A stretch of DNA of 64,000 bases from Clostridioides sp. (GTDB lineage Bacteria; Bacillota; Clostridia; Peptostreptococcales; Peptostreptococcaceae), in the NCBI GenBank assembly GCA_031261505.1, contig JAISJN010000003.1, positions 6,141 to 70,140 on the forward strand. Reading direction: 5' to 3'. The notes beneath the pieces are model-generated. The model did no database searches and was not told where the DNA came from. It saw only the letters and a program-made list of their open reading frames with translations. A program made the translations under genes and the position numbers. This document shows positions 39,470 through 49,783 of this stretch, piece by piece. Within the stretch, counting starts at the first letter, position 1. The number at the start of each line of letters is the position of its first letter.

Positions 39470-39871
39470 AATTCTTCTCCTTCTTCAATTGAAAATAGTA
39501 CGCATTGTGACTTTTCTCCCCCTGCAGACTTTTGCATCTCACACTGCATACCTCGTTTAGAATTGACATATTCTTATAGGTGTCTGACGCACTAAATTGA
39601 CTATTATTAAATTATGTCGTACTCAAGTTAAAGATTAAATTAATAAGATTAAATTTAAATTACTGATATCAAAAAATTTTACGACCTAAGGAATTTAATA
39701 GCAATTTAGAGATTTAGAAATTTATACTTTGACACTCTACAGTATTATATGTGATACAAATTAAAATGTGCCTATTTCGCATAAAAAAAGTGTCACTATA
39801 ATTTACAGTAACACTTTTTTCAATATATAATTTTCTTATCTTCAATCAATCATTATCAAATTGCATGGCTA

Positions 39872-39952
39872 GAAATACATCCCCACCTCTACCTGTGGCT
39901 TGTATAATTCTAGTTTTATGTCTATCACCTAAAGGTGCAATCATCATTTGAT
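39872..39952 (-). repeat. intergenic repeat, inverted and diverged
   Basis: ACATCCCCACCTCTACCTGTGGCTTGTATAATTCT...CACCTAAAGGTGCAATCATCATTTGATTG. Confidence 0.5.
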
Positions 39953-39962
39953 TGTTTGAGGT

Positions 39963-41714
39963 TTAATTCTCTCCGACTGCATTTTTACATTCAACTTCAT
40001 ATGCTAACACATCCGCTTCTTCTATCCTCTTTCCAAGTATCTGTAATCCAATAAATATTGCCAGTATCGCAACTGGTAGCACGATGTATATTGGAACTCC
40101 TAATCCTGCAGGAAGGTATCCAAACACTATAGAGATGACAGCAGTAAAGACCGCATAAGGCATCTGTGTGTTCACGTGGTCGAGATGCTCGCAACTTGCA
40201 CCCATTGATGAAAGTATCGTCGTATCCGAAATAGGTGAACAATGGTCTCCAAATATCGCCCCTGTAAGAACAGCACTAGTACTTGTAACTATGAATCCCA
40301 TGTCAGGGTTCATAGAATGCGCAAGTGGTATCGCAAGAGGCATCAATATACCCATTGTTCCGTATGAAGTACCAGTAGCGAACGATATAATCGATCCCAA
40401 TATAAATATGAGTGTTGGCAACAAGAAGTTTGGCATATTTCCTGAAAGCAATTGAATCAAGAATTTAGCTGTCCCAAGCTCTTTGATGACTGAGCTCAAC
40501 GACCAAGCGAGTATTAGTATAACACCTGTTATAACCAAGGTCTTCATACCATCTACCCATACGTCTATTGCCTCTGTTATCGTAAATATCTTCTTACCTA
40601 CTGCCATTACTATTCCAACTACACTTGCTAGCAATGCAGACTGGAATAATGCTATAGATGCATCGGACGCACTAAATGCCTGTTTTATAGCTTCAAATGA
40701 CAAAGGTGCATTCTTGAATAATTGGATTAATCCTTTGTCGTCTCCAGCCATTATTCCTGAATAACCGCTAGAGTAGAATGATATTAGAGCTGCTACTATC
40801 AAAGTACCTATTGGAATAATTGCATTCCACACACTTAGTTTAACGCCTTCTTTCGGCTCTAAATCGTCCTGAATTTTAACTTCTTCCTGTCTAGGATTTA
40901 CTGTAGTCTGTCTTGCTCTTATCTCTGCCTTTCTCATAGGCCCAAAATCCTTCATGAGAATAGCTGAGAAGAATATAAACGCTAGTATGAGTATATTGTA
41001 GAACCTAAAAGGTATCGTCTGAAGGAATACTCCAAATGCATCTGCCTTTACTCCAATACTTGCAAAAGCGTTGTTTATAAGTCCTACCTCAAGTCCTATC
41101 CAAGTCGATATAATAGCTAGCCCTGCAACTGGTGCTGCTGTCGAGTCTATTATGAAAGATAGTTTCTCTCTAGATATCTTCATCTTATCTGTTACTGGTC
41201 TCATTATAGGTCCTACTATAAGTGAGTTTGCGTAATCGTCAAAGAATACTAAAAGTCCAAGCAACAATGTTATGAGCTGAGTACCTTTTTTAGTCTTCGC
41301 CTTGTCCGCAAGCACCTCTGCTATGGCCTTTGCTCCACCCATCTTCGCAACCAGGTGTATTACTCCTCCTATCGCTAGTACTTGTAATATAATTCCTGCG
41401 TTCCACGGATCTGCTAGCGAGTTTACTGATCTTGTCACTAAATCTAAAAATGAATTAATTAATGCTTGGAATACATTGTTTCCTGTAGTATTAATTATAA
41501 ATCCTCCTGCCAGTATTCCTAGCATCAACGACACTACGACGTTCTTAGTTATGAATGCAAGCGCTATAGCCACTATTGGCGGAATCAACGTCAACACTCC
41601 AAATTTAGCTGCATTAATAGCTGCTGCGTCTGCCTCCTCGGCAAAACCCACGACGGTGAAAAGACTAAGTATCATCATTGTCGTAAGAATAGTATAAATC
41701 CTTCTATTTCTCAT
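39963..41714 (-). CDS. NhaC-family Na+/H+ antiporter-type transporter (probable lysine-related transporter, given its leader)
   Basis: 583-aa polytopic protein with NhaC-type segments (FDDYANSLIVGPIMRP, GAIFGDHCSPISDTT). It sits behind a lysine riboswitch. Confidence 0.88.
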   Translation of the reverse strand: MRNRRIYTILTTMMILSLFTVVGFAEEADAAAINAAKFGVLTLIPPIVAIALAFITKNVVVSLMLGILAGGFIINTTGNNVFQALINSFLDLVTRSVNSLADPWNAGIILQVLAIGGVIHLVAKMGGAKAIAEVLADKAKTKKGTQLITLLLGLLVFFDDYANSLIVGPIMRPVTDKMKISREKLSFIIDSTAAPVAGLAIISTWIGLEVGLINNAFASIGVKADAFGVFLQTIPFRFYNILILAFIFFSAILMKDFGPMRKAEIRARQTTVNPRQEEVKIQDDLEPKEGVKLSVWNAIIPIGTLIVAALISFYSSGYSGIMAGDDKGLIQLFKNAPLSFEAIKQAFSASDASIALFQSALLASVVGIVMAVGKKIFTITEAIDVWVDGMKTLVITGVILILAWSLSSVIKELGTAKFLIQLLSGNMPNFLLPTLIFILGSIISFATGTSYGTMGILMPLAIPLAHSMNPDMGFIVTSTSAVLTGAIFGDHCSPISDTTILSSMGASCEHLDHVNTQMPYAVFTAVISIVFGYLPAGLGVPIYIVLPVAILAIFIGLQILGKRIEEADVLAYEVECKNAVGEN

Positions 41715-41770
41715 TTTAACCCCTCCCTAATTTGTGAATATCCAAGCTAAGCACGATTGTATAAATACCG

Positions 41771-42035
41771 AAAAAAAAGCCTCAGGCTCACACCCAAGGC
41801 TTTTTTATATCCAATAAACCGGTATACTGAGATTCAGTAGACCAATAAATTAATTTTTTCCTCAAATGATAGCTCATCACAACTACTATGTGACAGTTAT
41901 ACATATATTCTATGTATACCCAGCCTCGAAACCTCAAAGTTTTGATTCCTGACTTCGGCAATATTTCCTTTCACGACGAATCTCTGCACTTAACTCCTCG
42001 TCGCTACTGATAAACACTGCGCCTCTACCTCATAT
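41771..42035 (-). promoter_or_regulatory. lysine (L-box) riboswitch with terminator
   Basis: The minus strand reads GGUAGAGGCGCAGUGUUUAUCAGUAGCGACGAGGAG...GAAAGGAAAUAUUGCCGAAGUCAGG...AACUGUCAC. The terminator AAAAAAGCCUUGGGUGUGAGCCUGAGGCUUUUUUUU follows. Confidence 0.88.
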
Positions 42036-42109
42036 TCACTTATATTATTAACTTAATTACAAGTATATATTATTTTCGAAGGTTTAACAAGTATATTTTA
42101 CAAAAACCC

Positions 42110-43009
42110 TTATCTTTTAAAATATTCCTCTAGGATACTTGATAAAATTTCCTCTGTTCCGTGTATTCCAAAGTTCTCGCTTATACGTGCCTTTTTCTTC
42201 AAGACCTCGTCCATATTTTCTATGTCGCCATGCCTTAAAATATACGAATTTGAGCCTGTTCCAAGCATACCAAAATCCATTATCGAATCGCCTATCGCAT
42301 TATGCTCCGATATACCGATTTTATCCGATACAAATTCTATAGCTTTTTCTTTCGTAAGTTTTTCCGGAGTAAAATACACCTTCCTCCCGTTTACGTAGTA
42401 CTTCCAACCAAGAGTTGGCAAGATTTTTATAAATCCCGACATACGCTGAATATCAAACTCATCTGGGTCTACTACCAAGTAGAAAAACTTATCCTCTGCT
42501 ATTCTAAACTTTTTGATTCCTATATCACATCCATGGTTTCGTTTAGCTATCCCCTTGATTTTACTAGTTTTGAAGTTTCCTTTAGCTACAGAGTTCTTTT
42601 GCGTTTCACCTATGGTGAAGTTCAACTTCTTAAACTCCTCTACTACATTTTCAATCGACTCAGATTCCTTTAGATTTTTTCTGACTATTTCCTTCCACTC
42701 TTGTGATTCCTCTCCGTTTTCTAGCACAATACCTCCGTTTGTCGTTATTGCCCAAGGGAAATTTATTCCGAACCTTGAAAAATCAATCCTCTTAAACTGC
42801 TCGACTGTCCTCGTAGTAGTAGGTACAAAATAACCTAACTTTCCAATTTGCCTTATATAGTCGATTGTAATTTTTGAAATAAAAGAGATCTCTTTGCCCT
42901 CGTACATCTCTATATTTAAATAGTTCTCATCTACAATGCCATCTTTCCCCTCCGCTATAAACCTTTTTGAATAAATTACGCTTCTGTCTAAATCTGAGAA
43001 AACAAGCAC
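42110..43009 (-). CDS. HAD-superfamily phosphatase (Ter-associated biosynthetic module)
   Basis: Motif I FSDLDRS, motif II PTTTRT, motif IV GDSIMD; 299 aa. Confidence 0.72.
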   Translation of the reverse strand: MLVFSDLDRSVIYSKRFIAEGKDGIVDENYLNIEMYEGKEISFISKITIDYIRQIGKLGYFVPTTTRTVEQFKRIDFSRFGINFPWAITTNGGIVLENGEESQEWKEIVRKNLKESESIENVVEEFKKLNFTIGETQKNSVAKGNFKTSKIKGIAKRNHGCDIGIKKFRIAEDKFFYLVVDPDEFDIQRMSGFIKILPTLGWKYYVNGRKVYFTPEKLTKEKAIEFVSDKIGISEHNAIGDSIMDFGMLGTGSNSYILRHGDIENMDEVLKKKARISENFGIHGTEEILSSILEEYFKR

Positions 43010-43013
43010 GTAT

Positions 43014-44120
43014 CTACACTTCCTTTAAATTTTTTATTATGCCACAACATCTATATGCATTTAAATCCTCTTGTACAACCTCTACTCCCTTTTCTTTCGC
43101 CAATACGAATATATGCGCTAATGACTCATCTTCCATATCTCTAACCAGTATTTTATACGGTATTCTCCTCAGAAGTACTCTTGTAGCCTCACCTACCCCA
43201 GGCTTAATGAAATTCACGTCCTCAATATCGTACTTATCCATTATCATCTCGACGTCTAAGCCTCCGACCTTTGTGATTTCATCGGCTGACCAATATTTCA
43301 TTTCAGCATCTATATTATCGTACTGTCCTTTGAAACACGATTCTATCGTGTCCAAATATTTATTTGATTCATCGTGCTCTAGAAGGTGTTTGTAAAACTT
43401 TGCGCCGTGAAAATCTTCTTCTCCGATTAAATCATCTCTGAGAACAGTTCTACTAACCAGTCCAGACACGGTAGAGTTCAGGCAGGCACTTGGAATCAGA
43501 AAATCTTCCCGTATCCCGTACAAACCTGAATATCCAGCTGGATCAGCCAGTACAGCTAGGGTTGAGTCAAATTTTCTGCCGTATTTCTCACCTAGATCCT
43601 CACACGCCCTGTCTAATTCTCTTGATATAGTTCCCTTGCCAGTCCATCCATCTATGAACTGGATTTTCGAGTTTGAGTGATTTTCTAGGATGTATTTGAT
43701 AGCATTTTGGTCTATACCCTTGTCCCTTATAATCGAAATCGTGTAATGTGGTAGCTCTAGATTATACCTTTTCTTAAGGTACCTCTTAGCAAGTATCCCT
43801 ATTGGTATACCCGCTCTGGCAAGAGATGCCAAAACCACATCTCTTCCGTTTTTAGCTATAATTTTTTCACACATAACACCTATAGAAAATGCAAGTTTAT
43901 CCTTGGTTTCTGTGAGTTTATCCCTATACAACTCCAAATACTCATCGCTCACTTGGTATTCTATCGGAATCATTTCTGAATAATGTGTTCCGCCTTGTAT
44001 TTTTCTTTCTCTTTCTTCATTACCCTGTTCCTGTATGTCATCAGAGATGTCCTTTAGCAAGAAGACGACATCGTCTGTACTGTACGATCCAAATTTACTC
44101 AATTTCTCTCCCCCCGTCAC
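43014..44120 (-). CDS. Ter-associated PRTase-fold protein (family often annotated 'cysteine protease StiP')
   Basis: FGSYSTDDVVFLLKDIS...IQGGTHYSEMIPIEY...VVLASLARAGIPIG. This is my recollection of the family signature; no search was run. Confidence 0.7.
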   Translation of the reverse strand: MTGGEKLSKFGSYSTDDVVFLLKDISDDIQEQGNEERERKIQGGTHYSEMIPIEYQVSDEYLELYRDKLTETKDKLAFSIGVMCEKIIAKNGRDVVLASLARAGIPIGILAKRYLKKRYNLELPHYTISIIRDKGIDQNAIKYILENHSNSKIQFIDGWTGKGTISRELDRACEDLGEKYGRKFDSTLAVLADPAGYSGLYGIREDFLIPSACLNSTVSGLVSRTVLRDDLIGEEDFHGAKFYKHLLEHDESNKYLDTIESCFKGQYDNIDAEMKYWSADEITKVGGLDVEMIMDKYDIEDVNFIKPGVGEATRVLLRRIPYKILVRDMEDESLAHIFVLAKEKGVEVVQEDLNAYRCCGIIKNLKEV

Positions 44121-44210
44121 TGTTTTATCTCGTTTCCGACTTGATTTTTAATTATCTTATCTGAACCTGTGATTTAAATATCTATCTGAGTTCATTCTCG
44201 ATTTCAATCC

Positions 44211-45584
44211 CTAGCTACAGTAGACTACAGTTAACTTATCTATATTTGAAGATTTGAACACAGATATTATCTCGTCTAACTCTTCTTTTTTTCCATGTAG
44301 CTCGACAAAAAGATAAGATTCTGTAAACTCATTCAACTCCAAATTGTAGATATAGTTTACTACATCTGAATTGTATAAGCTATTTATCTGTTGCTTAGTC
44401 CTGATTGGATAGCAGATTTCGTCTATAGCAATTATCGGGCTCCTAGTAGTCGAATAATAGTAGATATCCGCTGCCTCCTCGTTTTCCTTTGCAAACATCA
44501 TGGGTATATACATAAATTCTTCTGTCCCTAGAAACAATATCTTTCTAGTTTTTTTGTCAGCTGATATATTTAGTTTACTATTTTCTCTTCTTATTATTTC
44601 TTTTAGTCTTATCTGGTCTTTCCTATCCATTCCAAATCTTCCCGTGTATTTAACGTAGTTTCTATCGCCAATGTACTCGTCAAGGTCTAGATTGACAAAT
44701 TCTAGCTCTAAATCTCTTCCTGCTAAATCTTTTTTAAATGGCAAAATCATTTCTTTCTGAAGTTTGCCTTCTTTTGCATCTGAGTTGACTTCGCCATACT
44801 GAATTTCTTGTTCTGATTCAATCTCCTCTGTCACTGCTAGTTCTGATTCTACCTCATCTGTTATCGCTGATAGTTCACAATCGTCTATTTCAAATTCAAA
44901 TCTTCCCTTGAACAGGTATACAAAGTTTATCTCACAGCCAAACTCTCGCTCAATATATTTAACTCTATCCATACTTTCTTCATCGACCCAGTTTAGTATA
45001 GAGCAGATTGTGTAACTATCCTTGTGAGATATCGACTCTATCTGTTTTATTATGTTCATACAGGTATTTGCCGTTGTTATCTCATCGTCGATAAGAATTA
45101 TATTCTTTACCTCTGAGAACCTTTCTAAGCCTTCACTGTATAGATTTTGCTCTGTGGCGTGCGAATGTTCTTCTAGAAATTCAATTCTATCTATACTGTC
45201 AATCTTTTCTCTAGTAGTGTGGATAAACTCGTAATCACCAACTATATTATCAAAAAAGCTATGGCCAAGAGCGGTGCTCGTCTCTGCAAATGAAATGATC
45301 GTTCCAGAGTTTACGTTATTAAAGTTTCTTGTATTGAAATCACTCTCCTCTGGCTCAACATATTTATCCATAATATTATTATTGTAAACTAACGCTAATT
45401 TCTTACCTAGCTCGTCCATCTCGCTCGGTCTGCAGGCAAGATGTTTTCCAAGCTGCTTTGAAATAAATAAAAACCTTCTTTTTTTATTTTTCCTAACTCC
45501 TATTTCTAAATAATCGTCGATATTTAGATTCAAGGGGTTGTCCGTTATGGTGAAGTCACATCTAAAGTTCAAACAATTCTTCAT
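44211..45584 (-). CDS. Ter-associated phosphoribosyltransferase-domain protein with a C-terminal extension
   Basis: KRRFLFISKQLGKHLACRPS and the PRPP loop NIILIDDEITTANT; 457 aa. Confidence 0.78.
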   Translation of the reverse strand: MKNCLNFRCDFTITDNPLNLNIDDYLEIGVRKNKKRRFLFISKQLGKHLACRPSEMDELGKKLALVYNNNIMDKYVEPEESDFNTRNFNNVNSGTIISFAETSTALGHSFFDNIVGDYEFIHTTREKIDSIDRIEFLEEHSHATEQNLYSEGLERFSEVKNIILIDDEITTANTCMNIIKQIESISHKDSYTICSILNWVDEESMDRVKYIEREFGCEINFVYLFKGRFEFEIDDCELSAITDEVESELAVTEEIESEQEIQYGEVNSDAKEGKLQKEMILPFKKDLAGRDLELEFVNLDLDEYIGDRNYVKYTGRFGMDRKDQIRLKEIIRRENSKLNISADKKTRKILFLGTEEFMYIPMMFAKENEEAADIYYYSTTRSPIIAIDEICYPIRTKQQINSLYNSDVVNYIYNLELNEFTESYLFVELHGKKEELDEIISVFKSSNIDKLTVVYCS

Positions 45585-46659
45585 TGGATACCCCCTCGTT
45601 TAATACCCCGTATATTTTGCCGAGTTTGATCGTTTTTTCCGCCCATCTCATAAGTGGACTCATCTCATTCATCTTTTGACCCGAGGTGCTTTTTGACACT
45701 CCGTAATCTCCACCTTGATTTTTGAGTATCTCCACTGCATCTAAATAATCCTCGTACTTCACAGAGTACATAGCCTGTACAAACTGTACTTGGTTTGGAT
45801 GGATGACCGTCTTGCCCACCAGACCGTGGTATTTATCGAGTTCTATCTCTTTTATGTAGTTCATCCTTAACGCCTCGTCCTTCATATCAAACACCTCGGA
45901 TACGCCTCCACTTACAGGCAGTCCCAGCTCTGGCCTGTTTAGCAATGTCGTTATATCGCCTATGAAACTCGAGCATATATTGTTCTCGTATATTGTGAAC
46001 TTTTCGTTTCTCCTTATCCCAAATGCTCCTAGTATATCAACTAAGCCTACCCTTACTCCGAGTACCCTATCTCTGTACTTTAGAAGAGTGTTGTAGAGTT
46101 CTGAAAACGCTGTGTTTTTTATTTCCCTGTAAATAAACTCCTTGCTCTCTATTATCGGCATCACATACATCTTAGTCAGTCCCCATGAGTCCAGTGTTTT
46201 TATAAATTCTTCTATTTTCTCTGAACTAGCCTTTGGAATCAATATTCCAGATATGACAGCTGAATTCTTACGTATTGCATCCTTCATCAAATTTAACTGC
46301 TCTAGGTCTCTTATCCTCAGAAAGACAACTGGAAATCTCGATTTATTTATTATTTCGTTTTCACTAGTTTCTTGACATCTTGTGCTCAGTCTATTCAATA
46401 TGATTTTTACATTTTCAATAGCCTGTTCTTCCCCAGTCTCGCCTATAGCATCTTCAAGGCAGATAGCAAGTGGTTTGACATCCCTATAACGCCCAGATAA
46501 TGCCTTTATTATCATCTCGAGCTGTGTGGCTGGTATGTACAAAAACGCACCGAGTGCATACCTGAGGATCTCTATATCAGTTGATGAGTCAAGTTCAATC
46601 GGAGCTTTGTAAAACAACCTACTCATATCTTCCTCTCTTAAATAGTTAAAATACTTCAT
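45562..46659 (-). CDS. HpcH/CitE-like TIM-barrel C-C bond lyase (Ter-associated biosynthetic module)
   Basis: LAICLEDAIGE and GKTVIHPNQV are citrate-lyase-beta/HpcH-type motifs. It overlaps the next gene by 23 nt. Confidence 0.75.
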   Translation of the reverse strand: MKYFNYLREEDMSRLFYKAPIELDSSTDIEILRYALGAFLYIPATQLEMIIKALSGRYRDVKPLAICLEDAIGETGEEQAIENVKIILNRLSTRCQETSENEIINKSRFPVVFLRIRDLEQLNLMKDAIRKNSAVISGILIPKASSEKIEEFIKTLDSWGLTKMYVMPIIESKEFIYREIKNTAFSELYNTLLKYRDRVLGVRVGLVDILGAFGIRRNEKFTIYENNICSSFIGDITTLLNRPELGLPVSGGVSEVFDMKDEALRMNYIKEIELDKYHGLVGKTVIHPNQVQFVQAMYSVKYEDYLDAVEILKNQGGDYGVSKSTSGQKMNEMSPLMRWAEKTIKLGKIYGVLNEGVSNEELFEL

Positions 46660-46681
46660 TTTCCACCCCTATGTATTCTAA

Positions 46682-46711
46682 AATGGGCAAGTTACGCAAC
46701 CTGCCCATTTT
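46682..46711 (-). terminator. terminator-like hairpin between telA and the biosynthetic module
   Basis: AATGGGCAGG-TTGCGTAA-CTTGCCCATT on the minus strand, flanked by A and U runs. It lies only about 22 nt upstream of the HpcH-like start codon. Confidence 0.6.
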
Positions 46712-46836
46712 TATATATTCATTTTCATATTTATTAGCTGACACATTTTTAAATGGCTATCGCATATTAAGGATACACCTAGACTAAAATGCATATCTAT
46801 CTTATCCACATAGCAAATTCATAAATATCCATCGAC

Positions 46837-47973
46837 TTATTTATTGTATATTATGCTTGTGTTTAGCTCTTCAAGTCTCTTAGTGTTGACTTTTATCTCG
46901 CTTCTGCCATTTTCTTCAATTCTCATAGTTTCTTCTATCCCAGCCTTTATAGTCTGGTGCATTCTCTCTAGAGTCTCTATCTGTATAGAGCTACTTCCAG
47001 CCATCTTGGCTATCTGTGCACTCTGGCTTGCTACGTTTTGAGCGTTCTTCATTAGAAGTTCGTTTGTCTTATCGTCGAGTGCCTTCAACGACTGAGCCTG
47101 AAGTTCTTGTTTTTTAAGAAGTATAGCCTGTGATAAACATTGTTTAAACACTGGTAGGGTAACTACAAATGCGCTGTTTATCTTTCTGACTAGGTTGTAG
47201 TTGTTGTGTTGCATACCTTTTAACATCGGTATGGTTTGAATAGCTATGTTTTCAGCTATTCTAAGATCGTAGACCCTTTGGTTTAGCATATCGTATATCT
47301 TTAGTAGATCCTGATAGTTGACTAGATCCATCTGGTCTCCCGATGTCTCAGATAGATTTTTGTAATATGGAAGTATATCGTTATCCATCTCTTCAACAGC
47401 CATCTCTCCCGCTACTATATACTTCTGTAGCTCGTTGTAGAAATCGAAGTTCTCGTTTAACATTGCTCCTAGTTGTTTATTTGAAGTACCTATCTCTCTT
47501 TCGTAGTTTTCAAGTTCTATCTGGATCTTTTCCACTTCTCCACCGAGTGTCTCGTATTTTTGGAACATCATATCCAGTGCAGAACTAGCCTTTTTAAATA
47601 TCTTCTGTATTAGATTAGGCTCTTTTGTATCTTTGAAATCGTCTATATCAAACTTGTCCATTATTTTAGCTAGAGAGCCTAGCATTTTTGAGTTTTCTTC
47701 GTTTTTATTCAATCTTATGCTGTTTAGCAAATTGTCGGATACCTTTGCAACCCCTTCTGAGGCACTTCTTCCAAATTTTAAGATTGTATCAGGGTTTTCC
47801 ACTTCTATTAGAGAAGTCAAGGCTTCTACTTCTCTCGATTGTCTGAGTTCGTTTTTCTTGTTGTTTGTGTATTCAACTATATCAAAATTATCTTCTACTT
47901 CTGGTTTTCCTTGCTCTATTATGCTTTGCGATTCGTTTGCTCTGCCCATGTTTCCATTCATTTTTATTCCCAT
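46837..47973 (-). CDS. telA: TelA / YceH-type toxic-anion-resistance protein
   Basis: 378-aa all-helical protein with family-typical layout. It sits in the conserved position next to the YceG-like and TerD genes. RBS AAGGGGAGGA. Confidence 0.8.
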   Translation of the reverse strand: MGIKMNGNMGRANESQSIIEQGKPEVEDNFDIVEYTNNKKNELRQSREVEALTSLIEVENPDTILKFGRSASEGVAKVSDNLLNSIRLNKNEENSKMLGSLAKIMDKFDIDDFKDTKEPNLIQKIFKKASSALDMMFQKYETLGGEVEKIQIELENYEREIGTSNKQLGAMLNENFDFYNELQKYIVAGEMAVEEMDNDILPYYKNLSETSGDQMDLVNYQDLLKIYDMLNQRVYDLRIAENIAIQTIPMLKGMQHNNYNLVRKINSAFVVTLPVFKQCLSQAILLKKQELQAQSLKALDDKTNELLMKNAQNVASQSAQIAKMAGSSSIQIETLERMHQTIKAGIEETMRIEENGRSEIKVNTKRLEELNTSIIYNK

Positions 47974-47987
47974 GATTTATCCTCCCC

Positions 47988-48081
47988 TTAGATATTGATT
48001 GTGTGGTGTGGAATTTTTTCCACTCAAATGAGATTTATGCCCGCCACCTATAGAGGTGGGTGACATTTGTCTCAAGTTATA
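47988..48081 (+). repeat. intergenic repeat (I) between the YceG-like gene and telA
   Basis: TTAGATATTGATTGTGTGGTGTGGAATTTTTTCCACTCAAATGAGATTTATGCCCGCCACCTATAGAGGTGGGTGACATTTGTCTCAAGTTATA. Confidence 0.82.
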
Positions 48082-48086
48082 ATATT

Positions 48087-49682
48087 CTATCTCATTTTTC
48101 CAAATAATTTCTTAAACAGAGGTACTTCCTTGTCCAAATTATTCATATGTAGGTCGTACTCCATCTTTTCCAACCTGTGAATATCTATTAGCTTGCCGGA
48201 TATCATATTTTCTATATTGTTTTCTCCACCAGGGGTAAGCACAACTACATCAAACCCAACCTTGCTTAGGAGCAGTATAAGAAAACAAGTTTCCTTTGGA
48301 AATATATAGTCCTTTCCTACAAACACGACTAGCTTAGGTGTTACCCCCGAATAGTCGAAGTTATTTAACATCCTTACAAACTGCCTATCCATATTTAACA
48401 CTGCATGCAGTCCTTTTATACGCTCTTCACTGTCGAGTCCTGTGGTGAATAGGTTACCCTCAAACAGCTCTTCTACCTTGTCTAATATCATAATCTGAGT
48501 ATTTATGCTCAGGCTGGAAGTCTGGTACTCCGGATTATTTAAAATATCCTTTTTCTCTATTTTTCCAGCTGCCGATATTAAAAACGACATACCGAAATCC
48601 GCTCTGGTAAACTCCTTTGAAAAGACTCCTGGTCTTCCAAAGTATTCTATGAAGTATGCGTACTCCGAATTCTTCAACTTATTTATAAATTCGATATATT
48701 TGCTTGAATCCCTGTATATTCCGTCTATTTTTGTCAAAAATACTGGCATTTGAACTAACTTATTGTCAAATCCGAACCCTGGTCTGAGTTTTGCCGGCTC
48801 GCTCCAGTATATACTTATCTCGTCAACTGTAGTACTCAAGAGTAGATTTTTTATTATCCTATCTTGAAGCTGCCAAGGTTTTATAAACCCAGATTCCTCC
48901 ATGAGTTCCCTTCCTATACGCTCTGACGCCTGTGCTCCTACCGTATAGGCTTTTTTGACAGATCCCTTTTCTACCTTTCTACCAAGTTCTTTTCTATCTT
49001 CAAAAGTCATATTCTCCGTTGAAAATCTCTCCTCAATTACTTCAAGGTTGTTCTGCCTTTTCACATCTAATACCCCTATATCCGTTTTTTTGTTAGGACT
49101 TAGGTATATCACGTCAAATCCAGCTAAAAACATCACATCAAAAAACAGAAGCTCGTGTTTTTTAGCTTCGCCGTAGAATATTATCTTGGGGCTGTCGATC
49201 TTATCTATAGTCAAACTTCCTATGTATTCCTTAATCCAGGACATTATCTTTATTATAAAATTTTCTTTCATCCTGTCGTTTGCAAATTCTTTTGAGTTTT
49301 CCTTCAAAACGATATCCATGGACTGTTTGATTTTGAAATTGATGCTCTCGTTTTTAACAAGTTGGATATCTATGCTTTCAATGCTATTTCTATAGCTTTT
49401 TAGCTTGTCTTTGAAATAATTTATCGTGTCAAAATCGTTTGGATTCGATATATTTCCAGTAAACACTGCTATATCCTTCCTATTATCGATTTTATAGCTC
49501 ATCTTAAATATCTCAAGATTATATAAACTTTCCTCATTTAAACCAAAATACAAAATAAAATAGCTTAAAAAACCCTTCGAAGGAGTGAAATTTCCTCTAT
49601 CTGCCTGGCTAGAGAACAATCTTTCAAATACCGCTGCATCGCTCACTCTACTTCCCTCATTTCCTTCAAAATTTTGCCCCAA
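48087..49682 (-). CDS. YceG-like protein (uncharacterised Ter-cluster component)
   Basis: 531 aa; size and position match Bacillus yceG between the TerD genes and yceH/telA. The start is uncertain: the track start is TTG 49682, and GTG 49646 follows GAGGGAAG. Confidence 0.65.
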   Translation of the reverse strand: MGQNFEGNEGSRVSDAAVFERLFSSQADRGNFTPSKGFLSYFILYFGLNEESLYNLEIFKMSYKIDNRKDIAVFTGNISNPNDFDTINYFKDKLKSYRNSIESIDIQLVKNESINFKIKQSMDIVLKENSKEFANDRMKENFIIKIMSWIKEYIGSLTIDKIDSPKIIFYGEAKKHELLFFDVMFLAGFDVIYLSPNKKTDIGVLDVKRQNNLEVIEERFSTENMTFEDRKELGRKVEKGSVKKAYTVGAQASERIGRELMEESGFIKPWQLQDRIIKNLLLSTTVDEISIYWSEPAKLRPGFGFDNKLVQMPVFLTKIDGIYRDSSKYIEFINKLKNSEYAYFIEYFGRPGVFSKEFTRADFGMSFLISAAGKIEKKDILNNPEYQTSSLSINTQIMILDKVEELFEGNLFTTGLDSEERIKGLHAVLNMDRQFVRMLNNFDYSGVTPKLVVFVGKDYIFPKETCFLILLLSKVGFDVVVLTPGGENNIENMISGKLIDIHRLEKMEYDLHMNNLDKEVPLFKKLFGKMR

Positions 49683-49783
49683 AGATTACAACCTATTTCT
49701 GTTATCTTTGAGGCAAGAACTTATATATTTTATTATATAACTATTTTATTTTTATGTCTTGTATTATTTTAATTTTCTTAATC

